DNA from: Caldisericia bacterium
GTDB taxonomy: Bacteria; Caldisericota; Caldisericia; UBA6126
Assembly (NCBI GenBank): GCA_023146045.1
Contig: JAGLCW010000094.1
Coordinates: 2,579 to 66,578 of the forward strand
Direction: 5' to 3'
DNA: 64,000 nt
Shown here piece after piece: positions 37,622 to 49,500 of the stretch; the stretch's first letter is position 1, and the number at the start of each line of letters is the position of its first letter. A program made the position numbers and the translations under genes. The notes under the pieces are model-generated. The model had not been told where the DNA came from. It made no database searches and worked only from the letters and a program-made list of their open reading frames with translations.

Positions 37622-40189
37622 ATGAAAAGAATAATTAGTATTTTAATCTCTTTTTGTCTTGTATTCGGAGTTTTTATCGGTGAAAATGCTTTTGGTGAAA
37701 ATGGAGCCAAGAAAGTTGATTCACTTGGGAATAATCCATGGGTAACAATTGCTCACGATAGCATGATGTCTGGTATGTCTTTATCAGAGCTGGGAGAAGA
37801 TTTTGAAGAAGCCGAAGATTGGCCGTTTGATTCAGACGCAGGCTCTGGAGCGATGTTGGGGCGAGGATCCATTATCTATGATGGGATATTGTTTGTCCAG
37901 CTTAATTCAGATTTAAGAGGTTCATCTTCAGAAGTTATCGCTGTAGAGGTAGACTCTGGTGAAGAAATATGGAGAACTGAAATTGACGGTAGGCTTGCAT
38001 TTACTGCACCAGTTATTGATGAAGAATTAGGATTAATCATAGCTGCTGCGACTAATGGTTATGCTGAAAAAGGAAGTGGAGAAACTTTGATTTCTGCTTT
38101 AACTTTAGAAGACGGAGAAGTAGAATGGACATCAACCTCAACTGGTGCTATTTCTTGTCCACTAACCATAAGTGATGGAGCAGTGTATTTTAAGGCTATT
38201 TTTGGAAAACCAATCGAAGACAATGAAGACTATGATTCAACCGGAGATGATTCAATTGTTGTAAAAATTGATGCCGAATCTGGCGATGTTGAATGGGAAG
38301 CAGATATAGAAGGTGCTTGGTATTTAGAATGGGATGCACCTTGTGCTGTAGTTGGTGACTATGTTTATGCGGCTACATGTAATTACGGAATGAATAGTAA
38401 AACTGGTAGTATCAGATTTTTAGGTCCTGCAAGGCTTTATTGTCTAGATACAGAATCTGGCGATATCGAATGGGATATGGTTGATACGTTAGGTTTAGCA
38501 GGAAGCGGTATTTGTGCAGATGATGAATTTGTTTATTTTGCAAGAAGTAGGATAGACATGGACAGCAATCAAGCTGAAATGGTTGTATCTGCTCATGAAC
38601 TAGAGTCTGGCAGCGAAGAATGGGAATTCAGCGCAAATGGAGTGATGACTTGGTGGTGTTCTCCTGTATGTAATGATGATTCGGTCTTTGTACAAGAACG
38701 TGGCGGTAAAGTCTGGGCGATTAGCAAAGACGATGGAGACAAAGAATGGTCAAAAGGCGTTGGAGACATGATCTATAATACAGCAATTGCGCTTGCTGGT
38801 GATTATGTAATAGCAGCTGGCTGGGAAACTAGTGGTACCAAAAGAACTGGTTCAGAAATGATGATTCTTGATGCTTCAAGAAGAGGTAAAAAAGTCTGGA
38901 CTGAAAAATGTGATGAAGAAATTAACCACGTAGCAGTATATGGCAACAGAATATTTTTTACCGGTAAAGTAGAAATTTATTGCTATGAGGCTATGGTGCC
39001 AAAACTAGTAGTTGATCCTGAAAAAATTGAACTTGAAGAAGTTGAAAGAAATACAAAAACTGAAATTAATCTTTCCCTCGAAAATAAGGGAGTTGAAGGT
39101 TTAGAAGGCACAGTTGAAGTAGATCAAGATTGGCTAACAATTGATATAGAAAAAGTCGACGATGAAACTACCGAAGCAACTGTGACAATTAACACATGGG
39201 ATCTTGATCCAGATGACTATTCTGGAAGAATTGTATTTGATACAAACGGTGGCAAAGTTATAGTCCCAGTATTAATTACTGTTGTAGACGAAGAACCACC
39301 AGTTATTGAATGGGATTTTGAAGATTTTAAGCTTATTGATGAAAAACTTTACACAAATCAAAAAGAAGCTGTTTTAAAAGGTAAAACAGAACCTACAGCT
39401 TATATAATTATTAACGGAGAAGATGCGGAAGTTGATTCCGATGGTTTGTTTGAGCTTGAAATTGAACTTAAAGAAGGTAAAAACGAAATTGAAGTTAAAA
39501 CTGAAGATGACCTCGGGAACAAGGGCGAAGAAGCACTTGAACTCTATCTAGACACTAAACCACCAGAATTAACTGTTTCAACTAAAGATTACACTCTTTC
39601 TACAGAAGAAAACTTCTACATCATTGGACAATGCAAAGAAGATAATGTTATTGTAACAATAGATGAAGAAGAGATTGAACTGGGAAAAGCTGGAAAATTT
39701 GCAGTTGAGGTTACCCTGGAAAAAGGCGAGAATGTATTTGTTTTAAAGGCAACTGATCAATTTGGGAATGAAACTGTTATAGATTTACACATTGTTTATC
39801 CGAAAAAGAAAATTGTAATTCTACAAATTGGTAACAAGGAAGCTGAAGTTAATGGTCAAATAACCATTCTTGAGGCACCACCAACCATAATTAATGGTAG
39901 AACAATGGTACCACTACGTTTTATTGCTGAAACATTCGGAGCAGAATTAGGCTGGGATGGCAAAGATCAAAAGATTACATTGAATTACTATGGGCAAGTT
40001 ATTGAATTGTGGATTGGCAGAAAAACTGCAATGGTAGATGATGATCCAATGATTCTTGAGGCACCACCAACCATAATTAATGGTAGAACAATGGTACCAC
40101 TACGTTTTATTGCTGAAACATTCGGAGCAGAATTAGGCTGGGACGGAGATACGCAGACAATTACATTAATATATCCAAAAACTTCATAA
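37622..40189 (+). CDS. Secreted PQQ-like beta-propeller protein with Ig-like domains and two C-terminal CuAO-N domains
   Basis: Signal peptide and repeated propeller blades (…YVYAAT…, …VYFAR…). Acidic Ig-like middle region. Two 'APPTIINGRTMVPLRFIAETFGAELGWDG' CuAO-N domains. Confidence 0.7.
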   Translation: MKRIISILISFCLVFGVFIGENAFGENGAKKVDSLGNNPWVTIAHDSMMSGMSLSELGEDFEEAEDWPFDSDAGSGAMLGRGSIIYDGILFVQLNSDLRGSSSEVIAVEVDSGEEIWRTEIDGRLAFTAPVIDEELGLIIAAATNGYAEKGSGETLISALTLEDGEVEWTSTSTGAISCPLTISDGAVYFKAIFGKPIEDNEDYDSTGDDSIVVKIDAESGDVEWEADIEGAWYLEWDAPCAVVGDYVYAATCNYGMNSKTGSIRFLGPARLYCLDTESGDIEWDMVDTLGLAGSGICADDEFVYFARSRIDMDSNQAEMVVSAHELESGSEEWEFSANGVMTWWCSPVCNDDSVFVQERGGKVWAISKDDGDKEWSKGVGDMIYNTAIALAGDYVIAAGWETSGTKRTGSEMMILDASRRGKKVWTEKCDEEINHVAVYGNRIFFTGKVEIYCYEAMVPKLVVDPEKIELEEVERNTKTEINLSLENKGVEGLEGTVEVDQDWLTIDIEKVDDETTEATVTINTWDLDPDDYSGRIVFDTNGGKVIVPVLITVVDEEPPVIEWDFEDFKLIDEKLYTNQKEAVLKGKTEPTAYIIINGEDAEVDSDGLFELEIELKEGKNEIEVKTEDDLGNKGEEALELYLDTKPPELTVSTKDYTLSTEENFYIIGQCKEDNVIVTIDEEEIELGKAGKFAVEVTLEKGENVFVLKATDQFGNETVIDLHIVYPKKKIVILQIGNKEAEVNGQITILEAPPTIINGRTMVPLRFIAETFGAELGWDGKDQKITLNYYGQVIELWIGRKTAMVDDDPMILEAPPTIINGRTMVPLRFIAETFGAELGWDGDTQTITLIYPKTS

Positions 40190-40201
40190 GTAGATAAGAT
40201 A

Positions 40202-40237
40202 AAAAAGGGCTTTCATTAATGAAAGCCCTTTTTTTTA
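40202..40237. terminator. Bidirectional rho-independent terminator
   Basis: Hairpin AAAAAAGGGCTTTCATTAATGAAAGCCCTTTTTTTT between convergent genes. Confidence 0.7.
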
Positions 40238-40256
40238 TGTTTTATTTTATAAAAAT

Positions 40257-42275
40257 CTATGAATAAAGATTTCTAAAATCATCTTCAGAAAGTATTTTTA
40301 CCCCAAGGGTTTTTGCTTTATCAAATTTTGAACCTGGATTCTCTCCAGAAATAAGAAAGTTAATTTTAGATGAAATTGCACTTTTAACAGAACCACCTAA
40401 AGATTCTATAGTTTCTTTGATTGTATCTCTAGAAACTGATAGTGTACCAGATATTACAAATGAAATACCAAGGAGTGGTAGATTATTCGATGAAGACTTA
40501 GGTGAATCATTCGAAAAAGTAAAACACAATTCCACGCATTTATTGACCATATCCACATTGGTTGAATTGTGTATGTAATTAATAATATTCTCAGCTGTTC
40601 CTGGTCCGATACCCGGTATGGCAATCAGCATTTCTTTACTGGCTAGCAAAAAGTCTTTTGGTCCATTAAAATACTTGACTAAAAGTTTTGCAGTAGTTTC
40701 ACCGACTCCTTCAATCCCAATCGCTGACAAGAAACGCCAAAATGGCTTCTGTTTTGATTCCTGTATGGAAAGAATTAGCTTATTAGCTAGTATTCTCTGT
40801 ATTCCTTCCATTTTCATTAAATCTTTTGGTTGTAGTAAATAAATATCTGGAATAGAAAAAACAATATCTTCTTTAATTAAGCGGGACATTAGCTGTTTTC
40901 CTAAGCCATCAATATCCATTCCACTTTTTGATACAAAGTGGAAAAAACTTTCTTCAATTCTTGCTGGGCAATTAACGTTAATACATTTAATATAAATTTC
41001 CTCAGGATTATTATATACCTCAGAATTGCATACAGGACAATGCGTTGGAACCAACAAGGGTACACTATTGTTTGGACGTTTTGAGATGTCTACTTCAATA
41101 ACTTCTGGAATAACATCTCCGGCTCTTTGTATTATGACAGTATCTAGAACCCTAATGTCTTTTTTTTTGAGTTCGCTGTAGTTGTGCAAAGTAGCGTTGG
41201 AAACCGTAACCCCACCAACCAAGATTGGCTTTAGTTCTGCTACCGGAGTGAGTATTCCGGTTCTACCAACGGATATTCTAATTGCATGAATAGTAGTGTA
41301 AACTCTTTCGGCTTGAAATTTATATGCAATTGCCCACTTTGGAGCCCTTGATGTGAAACCAAGTTTTTCCCACAACTCTATGTTATCTATTTTAAAAACT
41401 GAACCATCAATTTCATAAGGAAGATTAAACCTCTTTTTTTGAAGGCTTAACTGATAATTTTCTATTTCATTAAATGATTTAAGCTGTTTAATTTCAGGAT
41501 TAACTGGAAAACCCAATTTTTTTAAAAAATCCAGTATTTCATGATGAGAAGAAAAATGAAACTCATTGCTATCGTAGTCAGTTAAAAAATAGAAGTAAGC
41601 CGTTAGGTTCCTTTGACTTGTTACAGTTGGATTAAGCTGTCTTAAAGCTCCTGCTGCTGCATTTCTAGGGTTAGCAAATTCAGTATCTCCGCTTATTCTT
41701 CTTGATTCGTTAAGTGTAACAAAATCAGAATTTTTCATTATAATTTCGCCACGTACCCTAAAAGAGCTGGGTAGTTTTACATTATTGAACTTTGCAGTAG
41801 AAATTATGGATAAAGGGATAGACTTTATTGTTCGAACATTTAATGTAACATTTTCTCCGACTAGTCCATTACCGCGTGTACCGGCAGAAGTTAGTATCCC
41901 ATTATCATATGCAATTTCAATAGATAAACCATCTAGTTTTGGCTCTGCAACTATAGGTGAATGTGTTATATCATTAATGCGAGAAGCTCTTTGAACCCAA
42001 TTGTCAATGTCTTCTTTGTTAAAAGCATTGTCTAAGCTATACATTTTACTTTTGTGAATAAATCGTTGAAAAGAATTCAATGGCTCGTGGCCAACTCTTT
42101 GCGTTGGTGAATCAACTGTAATCAACTCTGGATTTGATTCTTCTAGTTTTTTAAGTTGTTTGAACATGGCGTCATATTCCTGGTCACTAACATTAGGGTC
42201 ATCAAGCACATAATAGCGATAATTATGTGCTTGAATTTGTTTTTTAAGGCTAGAAATTAAATCCTTAAGGCTCAT
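40257..42275 (-). CDS. ligA: NAD-dependent DNA ligase
   Basis: Adenylation motif 'EPKLDGLSIEI', OB fold, Zn-finger cysteines (CPVCNSEV...C), HhH and C-terminal BRCT. Confidence 0.9.
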   Translation of the reverse strand: MSLKDLISSLKKQIQAHNYRYYVLDDPNVSDQEYDAMFKQLKKLEESNPELITVDSPTQRVGHEPLNSFQRFIHKSKMYSLDNAFNKEDIDNWVQRASRINDITHSPIVAEPKLDGLSIEIAYDNGILTSAGTRGNGLVGENVTLNVRTIKSIPLSIISTAKFNNVKLPSSFRVRGEIIMKNSDFVTLNESRRISGDTEFANPRNAAAGALRQLNPTVTSQRNLTAYFYFLTDYDSNEFHFSSHHEILDFLKKLGFPVNPEIKQLKSFNEIENYQLSLQKKRFNLPYEIDGSVFKIDNIELWEKLGFTSRAPKWAIAYKFQAERVYTTIHAIRISVGRTGILTPVAELKPILVGGVTVSNATLHNYSELKKKDIRVLDTVIIQRAGDVIPEVIEVDISKRPNNSVPLLVPTHCPVCNSEVYNNPEEIYIKCINVNCPARIEESFFHFVSKSGMDIDGLGKQLMSRLIKEDIVFSIPDIYLLQPKDLMKMEGIQRILANKLILSIQESKQKPFWRFLSAIGIEGVGETTAKLLVKYFNGPKDFLLASKEMLIAIPGIGPGTAENIINYIHNSTNVDMVNKCVELCFTFSNDSPKSSSNNLPLLGISFVISGTLSVSRDTIKETIESLGGSVKSAISSKINFLISGENPGSKFDKAKTLGVKILSEDDFRNLYS

Positions 42276-43216
42276 TAAGATTTTTTTCTTTTAATTACCT
42301 TTTTAACTTTTTCGATAATATCATTTGATGTTAAATGGTATGCTTCCATTAATTCATCTGGAGTACCACTTTCACCAAATGTGTCATTGATTCCAACCAT
42401 TTCAATTGGAACAGGACAATTTTGGACAATTACTTCGCTAATGGCAGATCCAAAACCAGTCATTATTTGATGTTCTTCTGCAGTTACAATTGCACCTGTT
42501 TCTTGTGCAGACTTAATTATTAATTCCTTATCCATAGGTTTTATTGTGTGGATATTTATTACTTTACAATGAATGCCTTCTGTTTTTAAACTTTCAGCTG
42601 CAACTAAAGCTTCATAAACCAATGAACCACATGCTATTATTGATACATCTCTACCGTCTTTGTATACTTGCCCTTTGCCTAATACGAATGGAGTGTCAGG
42701 CTTTGTAACAATTGGGATGGCTTCTCTTCCAAAGCGAATGTATACTGGACCAGGAATGCTAGCAGATGCTTTTGTAGCTTTGTATGTTTCATGGTAATCA
42801 CAAGGCACAATTACGGTCATATTTGGCAAACCACGCATTAGTCCAATTTCTTCTAGCGCTTGGTGGGTTGCACCGTCTGGGCCAACAGAAATACCACCAT
42901 GGGCACCACCGATTTTTACATTTAGATTAGAATAGCAAATTGTAGTACGTATTTGATCATATGCTCTACCAGAAACAAATACTCCATAAGTTGAAACATA
43001 TGGTATCTTTCCCGTTAAAGACAATCCAGCAGCACTACCCAACATGTTTTGTTCTGCAATGCCAATATTGTATGATCTTTTTGGATACTTTTTATGAAAA
43101 CCAACTGTAGTTGTTGATTTAGATAAATCAGCATCAAGTACTACAATCCTGTCATCAGTTTTAGCCATATCCATTAAAGCGTCAGAATATCCAAACCTAG
43201 TAGCTTTCTTTTCCAT
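42275..43216 (-). CDS. Transketolase, C-terminal (pyrimidine-binding/C-terminal domain) subunit
   Basis: 313 aa split-type transketolase C-terminal section. Its N-terminal partner gene lies 10 kb away at 31192-32091. Confidence 0.85.
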   Translation of the reverse strand: MEKKATRFGYSDALMDMAKTDDRIVVLDADLSKSTTTVGFHKKYPKRSYNIGIAEQNMLGSAAGLSLTGKIPYVSTYGVFVSGRAYDQIRTTICYSNLNVKIGGAHGGISVGPDGATHQALEEIGLMRGLPNMTVIVPCDYHETYKATKASASIPGPVYIRFGREAIPIVTKPDTPFVLGKGQVYKDGRDVSIIACGSLVYEALVAAESLKTEGIHCKVINIHTIKPMDKELIIKSAQETGAIVTAEEHQIMTGFGSAISEVIVQNCPVPIEMVGINDTFGESGTPDELMEAYHLTSNDIIEKVKKVIKRKKS

Positions 43217-43235
43217 TTAAAAGTCTCCTTAGTGT

Positions 43236-44246
43236 TTAATAAAAAATTCTTGCAGTATTTAATAAATCAAGATTGACTGGTTTTTTTTCTTTAACTTTTT
43301 CTAAATCAATCTGTGAAATGCTTCCATTTCGATAAACAATCATAGTTCCAGTTTCTCCTCTACGTATGGATTTTACAGAAGAGTTACCGAATAACGTTCC
43401 TAATAGCCTATCTGATGCTAATGGAGTTCCACCTCGTTGAAGGTGTCCAAGTATTAATTGTCTTGTCTCCATGCCTGTTTCTTTTTCAACTTCTTTGGAT
43501 AGAAATTGTAAAAGACCGTTGTGATCTCTTAAAGATTCCTTATCTTTTTCAGAAATATCAGATGGAAAACCAGCTGTATCTGCTAAAACAACTATTGAAA
43601 AATGTTTACCTTCGTTTTCTCTTTTTTTGATGTGAGATTTAATCTCTTGGATAGAATAGGATTTTTCTGGAATAATTATTAAATCTGCTCCTCCAGTAAG
43701 GCCCCCATATAAGGCTATCCAACCACATTGTCCACCCATAACTTCCACTAGAAAAACTCTGTGGTGAGAACTTGCAGTAGTGTGTAATCTATCTAAAGAT
43801 TCAGAAACGTAATTTGTTGCTGTAAAAAACCCAACACTATAGTCTGTGAAGGGGATATTGTTGTCAATAGTGGCAGGAATACCAACAATAGGTATTCCTG
43901 CTTCTTTTAAGAAAGAGCATGCTTTCATTGTGGCAAATGAACCAATTCCAATTAATGCAGAAATAGACAGCTTAGTCATTGTTTTTTTTACAGCCACTAA
44001 GTGTTGGGGGTTTTCTAAAAAATGATCATATACTGAAGTTCCTAGAATGGTTCCTCCTAATGGAAGAATCCCAGAAACATCTTTTCGTGTCATAAGAAAG
44101 GAATCATCTTCAATTAGACCCTTTAAACCATTGCGGAATGCAATAACCTCATAGGAATACTCAAAAGAAGTCCTTGCAATAGATCTGATAATCGAATTTG
44201 TTCCAGGAGCATCTCTACCTGATGAAAAAACTCCAATACGTTTCAT
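43236..44246 (-). CDS. pfk: 6-phosphofructokinase family protein with atypical active-site motifs
   Basis: PFK fold (GIPIVGIPATIDNNIPFTDYSVGF, VMGGQCGWIAL). The two glycine-rich motifs deviate: 'GRDAPG' for GGDAPG, and 'GIGSF' where GGDGS is expected. Confidence 0.75.
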   Translation of the reverse strand: MKRIGVFSSGRDAPGTNSIIRSIARTSFEYSYEVIAFRNGLKGLIEDDSFLMTRKDVSGILPLGGTILGTSVYDHFLENPQHLVAVKKTMTKLSISALIGIGSFATMKACSFLKEAGIPIVGIPATIDNNIPFTDYSVGFFTATNYVSESLDRLHTTASSHHRVFLVEVMGGQCGWIALYGGLTGGADLIIIPEKSYSIQEIKSHIKKRENEGKHFSIVVLADTAGFPSDISEKDKESLRDHNGLLQFLSKEVEKETGMETRQLILGHLQRGGTPLASDRLLGTLFGNSSVKSIRRGETGTMIVYRNGSISQIDLEKVKEKKPVNLDLLNTARIFY

Positions 44247-44266
44247 ATCATCTCCTTTGGGCTATT

Positions 44267-46279
44267 TTAAAGAAATAACGGTATAAATGTTAAAGTTATT
44301 ATTGATATCAGTTTAATCAAAATATTCAATGAAGGACCAGAAGTGTCTTTAAGTGGATCTCCAACAGTATCACCGGTTACGGCTGCAATATGTGCGCTTG
44401 ATCCTTTCCCGCCAAAATGACCTGATTCAATGTACTTTTTTGCGTTATCCCAAGCTCCACCACTATTTGACATAAATATAGCCATCGTAACACCGCTCAC
44501 CAAAACTCCTGCTAATAGCCCGATAACAGACTCTAATCCAACAAGCCAAAAAAGAATGAACGGGAAAATCATTCCAAGCAACGATGGAATAATCATTCCT
44601 TTCAAAGCTCCAGATGTAGAAATATCAATACACTTCTCGTAATCTGGAGATACTAAACCTTTAAGTAGCCCAGGAGTTTCTTTAAACTGTCTTCTAACTT
44701 CTTTAACCATAGCATTTGCCGCTTGAGTGACAGAGTTGATTGTTAAAGATGAGAATAAGTAAGGTAACATTGCTCCAACAAATAAGCCGATGATTACTTG
44801 TGGATTTTCAAGTGTTAAGTTAATATTCATGGTTTGTACTTTGTCAATATGAGTAAAGGTGTTAAAAAGAGTTAATGCTGTTAATGCAGCAGATCCTATA
44901 GAAAAACCTTTGCCTATGGCTGCAGTAGTGTTTCCTATTGAATCCAAAGTATCTGTTCTAACGCGTACAAATTCTGGTTGATGAGTCATTTCAGCAATAC
45001 CACCGGCATTGTCAGAAATTGGGCCATATGCATCAATTGAAATTGTTGCTGCTACTGTTATCAGCATACCAAGTCCAGCAAGAGCTATTCCAAATATATT
45101 TAGTAGTGAAAAAGCAGCATATATTGCTATTACAATAACAACTATCGTAAGGAATGTGCTTTCCATCCCAGTGCTAAAACCACGTAAAATGTTACTTGCA
45201 GTTCCAGCTTTTGAATCTTCAGCAATATTCATAACAGGTTTAGAAGAAGTGTAGTAATCAGTTATTATCCCAATCAATGAACCGCAAATGATACCTATAG
45301 TAACTACGTAAAAGAAAGTAATGTTATGTGTAATCAACTTACTTACTAAAAAAGTAAGGATGATTGCTATAGAGGATGCATAAATCCCAACGTTCTTGAT
45401 AACTTTAACTGGATTCACATTTTTTCTCTTTGAAATGTTTTGAGCAAAGAGTATAACGATGATTGAACTTCCTAGACCTATTGCAAGTAATAAAAAAACG
45501 AAAGAGGTATATTCAGATATATTGTTTCTGAAGAAAAGTCCAATCATGGCAAAACAACCGTAAGCTGCACCAATGTATGATTCGAAGAGATCTGCACCCA
45601 TGCCTGCGACATCTCCAACATTGTCTCCAACATTGTCTGCAATTACCGCAGGATTTCTAGGATCATCTTCAGGAATTTGTGCCTCAGTTTTACCTACGAT
45701 GTCTGCTCCAATATCTGCGGCTTTAGTGTAAATTCCTCCACCAACTCTAGCAAAGAGAGCAACTAGCGAAGCTCCAAGAGAGTAGCCCAATAAAATGTCA
45801 ATTGGTTGTAGGTTTAGAAGTGGTGAAGCAATTAAAAAAGTTAGAGAAATCCCAAGAATTCCAAAACTACATGTTGTGATTCCCATTATTGATCCGCCCG
45901 TGAAAGACACAAACAGTGCGTCATTGAGGCTTTTCTTAGCTGCGGAAGTTGTTTTATAGTTCGCTATTGTTGAAACGTTCATTCCAACCAAACCACTGGC
46001 TATAGAAAAAAGTGAACCAACAAAGAAAACAATAGAGAATTCTATTGAAAAAAGAAAACTGAGTAATACGGTTAAAGCAAGCACAAAAGGGGTTAAAATT
46101 TTATATTGCCTTTTTAAGTAAGCAAAAGCACCTTTTCTGATGATGGTTCCAATTTCTCGTATTGAGCATTCTGAAGGATATTTCAAAATTGCGTGAATAA
46201 AAAAAGATACAATAAAAAAACCCAAAATACTCATTGCTAAAGCAATCAATACACTTACCACAATAAAACCCCTTTGCAT
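44267..46279 (-). CDS. hppA: Membrane-bound proton- or sodium-translocating pyrophosphatase
   Basis: 670 aa polytopic protein with '[21 protein letters not shown]' and other H+-PPase signatures. Confidence 0.9.
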   Translation of the reverse strand: MQRGFIVVSVLIALAMSILGFFIVSFFIHAILKYPSECSIREIGTIIRKGAFAYLKRQYKILTPFVLALTVLLSFLFSIEFSIVFFVGSLFSIASGLVGMNVSTIANYKTTSAAKKSLNDALFVSFTGGSIMGITTCSFGILGISLTFLIASPLLNLQPIDILLGYSLGASLVALFARVGGGIYTKAADIGADIVGKTEAQIPEDDPRNPAVIADNVGDNVGDVAGMGADLFESYIGAAYGCFAMIGLFFRNNISEYTSFVFLLLAIGLGSSIIVILFAQNISKRKNVNPVKVIKNVGIYASSIAIILTFLVSKLITHNITFFYVVTIGIICGSLIGIITDYYTSSKPVMNIAEDSKAGTASNILRGFSTGMESTFLTIVVIVIAIYAAFSLLNIFGIALAGLGMLITVAATISIDAYGPISDNAGGIAEMTHQPEFVRVRTDTLDSIGNTTAAIGKGFSIGSAALTALTLFNTFTHIDKVQTMNINLTLENPQVIIGLFVGAMLPYLFSSLTINSVTQAANAMVKEVRRQFKETPGLLKGLVSPDYEKCIDISTSGALKGMIIPSLLGMIFPFILFWLVGLESVIGLLAGVLVSGVTMAIFMSNSGGAWDNAKKYIESGHFGGKGSSAHIAAVTGDTVGDPLKDTSGPSLNILIKLISIITLTFIPLFL

Positions 46280-46304
46280 GAATTATGCATTATAATTGAC
46301 TTCT

Positions 46305-46334
46305 TTGCTGTCAAGTTTATACTTTAGTTAGAAT
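46305..46334 (+). promoter_or_regulatory. Putative sigma70-type promoter for the tRNA-Val/tRNA-Thr pair
   Basis: TTGCTG -35, 18-nt spacer, TAGAAT -10 ending 12 nt before the tRNA-Val 5' end. Confidence 0.3.
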
Positions 46335-46346
46335 TTTTCAAGGGAC

Positions 46347-46418
<72 letters not shown>

Positions 46419-46430
46419 CGTTATTTATGT

Positions 46431-46503
46431 GCCGATGTAGCTCAGTTGGCAGAGCAGCTGATTCGTAATTAGCAGGTCGTCAGTTCGACTCTGACCATCG
46501 GCT
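46431..46503 (+). tRNA. tRNA-Thr (anticodon CGU)
   Basis: Acceptor GCCGATG/CATCGGC, D-arm AGCTCAGTTGGCAGAGC, anticodon loop TTCGTAA, T-arm GTCAG-TTCGACT-CTGAC. Confidence 0.75.
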
Positions 46504-46520
46504 TGCTTGGAGGGTGACAC

Positions 46521-49500
46521 ATGGATCAGATTCAATTCGGGAAATATATTGCATATGAAGAAATTGGTAGAGGCGGGATGTCTATAGTATATAAAGGTAA
46601 GCATCCAACTTTGAATAAGCCTGTAGCAATTAAAGTTTTATCTGAATTTTTAAGCGTAGACAAAGGATTTATTAAAAGATTCCAAGATGAAGCTCAGATG
46701 TTGTCATCTTTTAGGCATGCCAATATAGTTTCAATTTTAGACTATGGTAAGCAAGGATCAAGCTACTTTATTGTTATGGATTTCATTGAAGGATTTACAG
46801 TTAAGCAAATGATTTTAGAAACTGGAGCTCTTTCATTAAACATTGCAACAAATATTGTAAAAAATGTGGCTACTGCAGTCGCTTATACACACCGAAAGAG
46901 TATAGTACATCAAGACATTAAATCATCAAATATTATGGTTGATTCAAATGGTAGAATATTAGTAACAGATTTCGGACTTTCAAAAAATATTAGCCTTGAA
47001 AATGTTGAAGAAAATCCGTATGAAGTTGCTGGTACACTAGCATATAGCGCTCCAGAGCAACTAGACAGAAAACAGGGGAAAGTTGATGGAAGAACCGACA
47101 TTTATTCCCTAGGTGTTGTTTTTTATGAAATGGTTACTGGCAAGTTACCATTTGCAGACGAAAATACCACTGTTAATATTGCATATCAACATTTAAATGT
47201 GGTTCCAGAATCACCAAAAAAAATTAGACCAGATCTATTATTAAAATCATCTAGTATCATTATGAAAATGCTTAAAAAGAAACAAGATGACCGGTACCAA
47301 ACAATGGATGATTTGCTAAAAGAAATTAACGAACTAGAAGATGTACTGCAGTATTATAAACCTCAAGACGAAGAAGAGGAAGGTTCATTTTTCTCATTTC
47401 AGAATGATGATGAAGAAAATGATGATGAATCTCATGGATACAAACAAAGCGATTCTAAAGAAGAAGTTTCAAACTATGAAGAATCTAATGCTGCCATGGT
47501 CTTTTCAACAGAAAAAAGTGACACTATTGGTAAAAAGCAAATCACAGATATGAAAACTGTAGACAGTAACGTAGATTCATTTCCACCAGTGGATATTTCA
47601 GATCCGTTTATTGGAAGAGAAATAAAACATAGGTATAGAATTCAAAAGTTAATTCTAAGAAGAATTTTAAGTAGATTGTACTATGGTGTTGATTTAGTTA
47701 AAGAGTCTCCCGTAACAATACAGTTACCAAATGAATCAAGGCCTACTTTCAAAACAAGAATTGACAAAGAGATTCAAACAATGAAAAAAATAAACCACCC
47801 TGGGTTTGTTAAATTTATTGATGTTATAGAAGACAATGGTGTGAATTTTGTAATCAGAGAATATGTAGATGGCTATACGATTAAAAATTTACTTAAAAGA
47901 GAAAAATTGTCTATTAAACGTAGCGTAATGATTGCAATGGATGTTTTAGATGCATTATCGTACTTACACAACAAGGGTATCGTTCACCGTGATCTAAACT
48001 CAGACGTAGTTATTGTTCCAAAAGAAGGCAGAACAAGAATAAGCAGCTTAGGTTTTACTAGAGTTGAAGATGCATCGTCGGTCTCTAGTGGAGAATTTCT
48101 TGGTGTTGTCCAATATACAGCACCAGAACAGATAATTCAATCTCATTCAGATGTAAGAACAGATATATACGCAGTTGGAATATTAATGTTTGAAATGTTA
48201 ACTGGTGTGCCGCCTTTTGATTCACCATTGCCAGTTGAAGTTATGGATATGCATTTGAAACGTGTACCAAGATTTCCTGAAGATGCGCAAAAAGGTATTC
48301 CATTGAAACTGCAACGAATTGTTTTAAGGGCACTTTCAAAGCAGCCAGAGCAAAGATTCCCAACTGCTCCTGAGATGGCTGGATCATTAAAGAGTTTTTT
48401 AGAAAGCTTTACAGGTAAAGAAGTAAAAATTGATGCCATTACTGGCGACATGAATGAGAATGAAAAACAAACTGGAATAGAAAAAGATACAGAAAATAGA
48501 GTAAATGTTCTAAGTGACACAGGTATTTATAGGAATATTCAAACTAGCAGAAATACAAAAAAACAGCAATTCTCAATAAAAAAGCCGTTAAGTAGATCAG
48601 AAAAAAAAGAAAAAGACAACAAAGTAAATATAAGAAAAATAATTAACAACGACCTGCAAACAGAAACAAAAAAGAGAGATATAGGAATTTCCAAAGAGAA
48701 TGAAGTATACGAAGCAACTCAGAAAAAAAAGAAAACAGAAAAGAAGAACCAGATAAGCTCTCCAAAATTTGAAGTTAAAGCTCCAAAGAACAAGAAAGTT
48801 GTTAGAAGCAATGGAAAAAATAAATCTAACAAAAAGAAAAGCAATCCTTTACTGATAATAGCTTTATTGGTTGCAGCATTTTGCACTATCTTTGCGATTT
48901 ATTATTTCAAAAAGCCTGCTACAGGCGTCAACGAAGAAACTCACGCAAACAACACTAACCGAATAGAATGGGTATCGCCAAATAGTTCAGCTGAAACAAC
49001 ACTAATCCCGATGATACCTCTCGAAATAGAATTAAAGCAACTTGATTATTCCGAAGGAAATTATTTTGACCTAGTGGATTTACCAAAGGAAATTGAATAT
49101 AGTGTTTCTTTACCAGACAGCAAAGGGACTTTTGAGATTATGATGTATACATCAAATCAAATTCGAAGCAGCACGGTGGCTTTTTCGCTAATCTGTATGG
49201 ATCCTGAAGATAAAATTCTAAGTGAAACGAAATATGTTATTGCATATAACTATAAAGCAATTAAACAAATAGTTTTGAATTATTCTAATGCCACTTACAG
49301 TGTTAACAAGCATGAGGAGAAAACAATTGAACCAAATGCGGCGTTAAACGATGAAAGCGTATATATCCCAATAAGGTTTTTAGTAGATAGCCTCGGAGGT
49401 AAAATCGAGTATGATACCGAGACAGAGTGTATAACTATTACAGATATTGACAGCCATGAGTATAAATTTTATCTGACCACACAACAGTATTCAGTTGACG

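Noticed and set aside
43415-45254. Plus-strand ORFs (43415-43630, 44430-44642, 45009-45254) antisense to pfk and hppA
   Set aside because: Embedded in strongly supported minus-strand genes. These are shadow ORFs.
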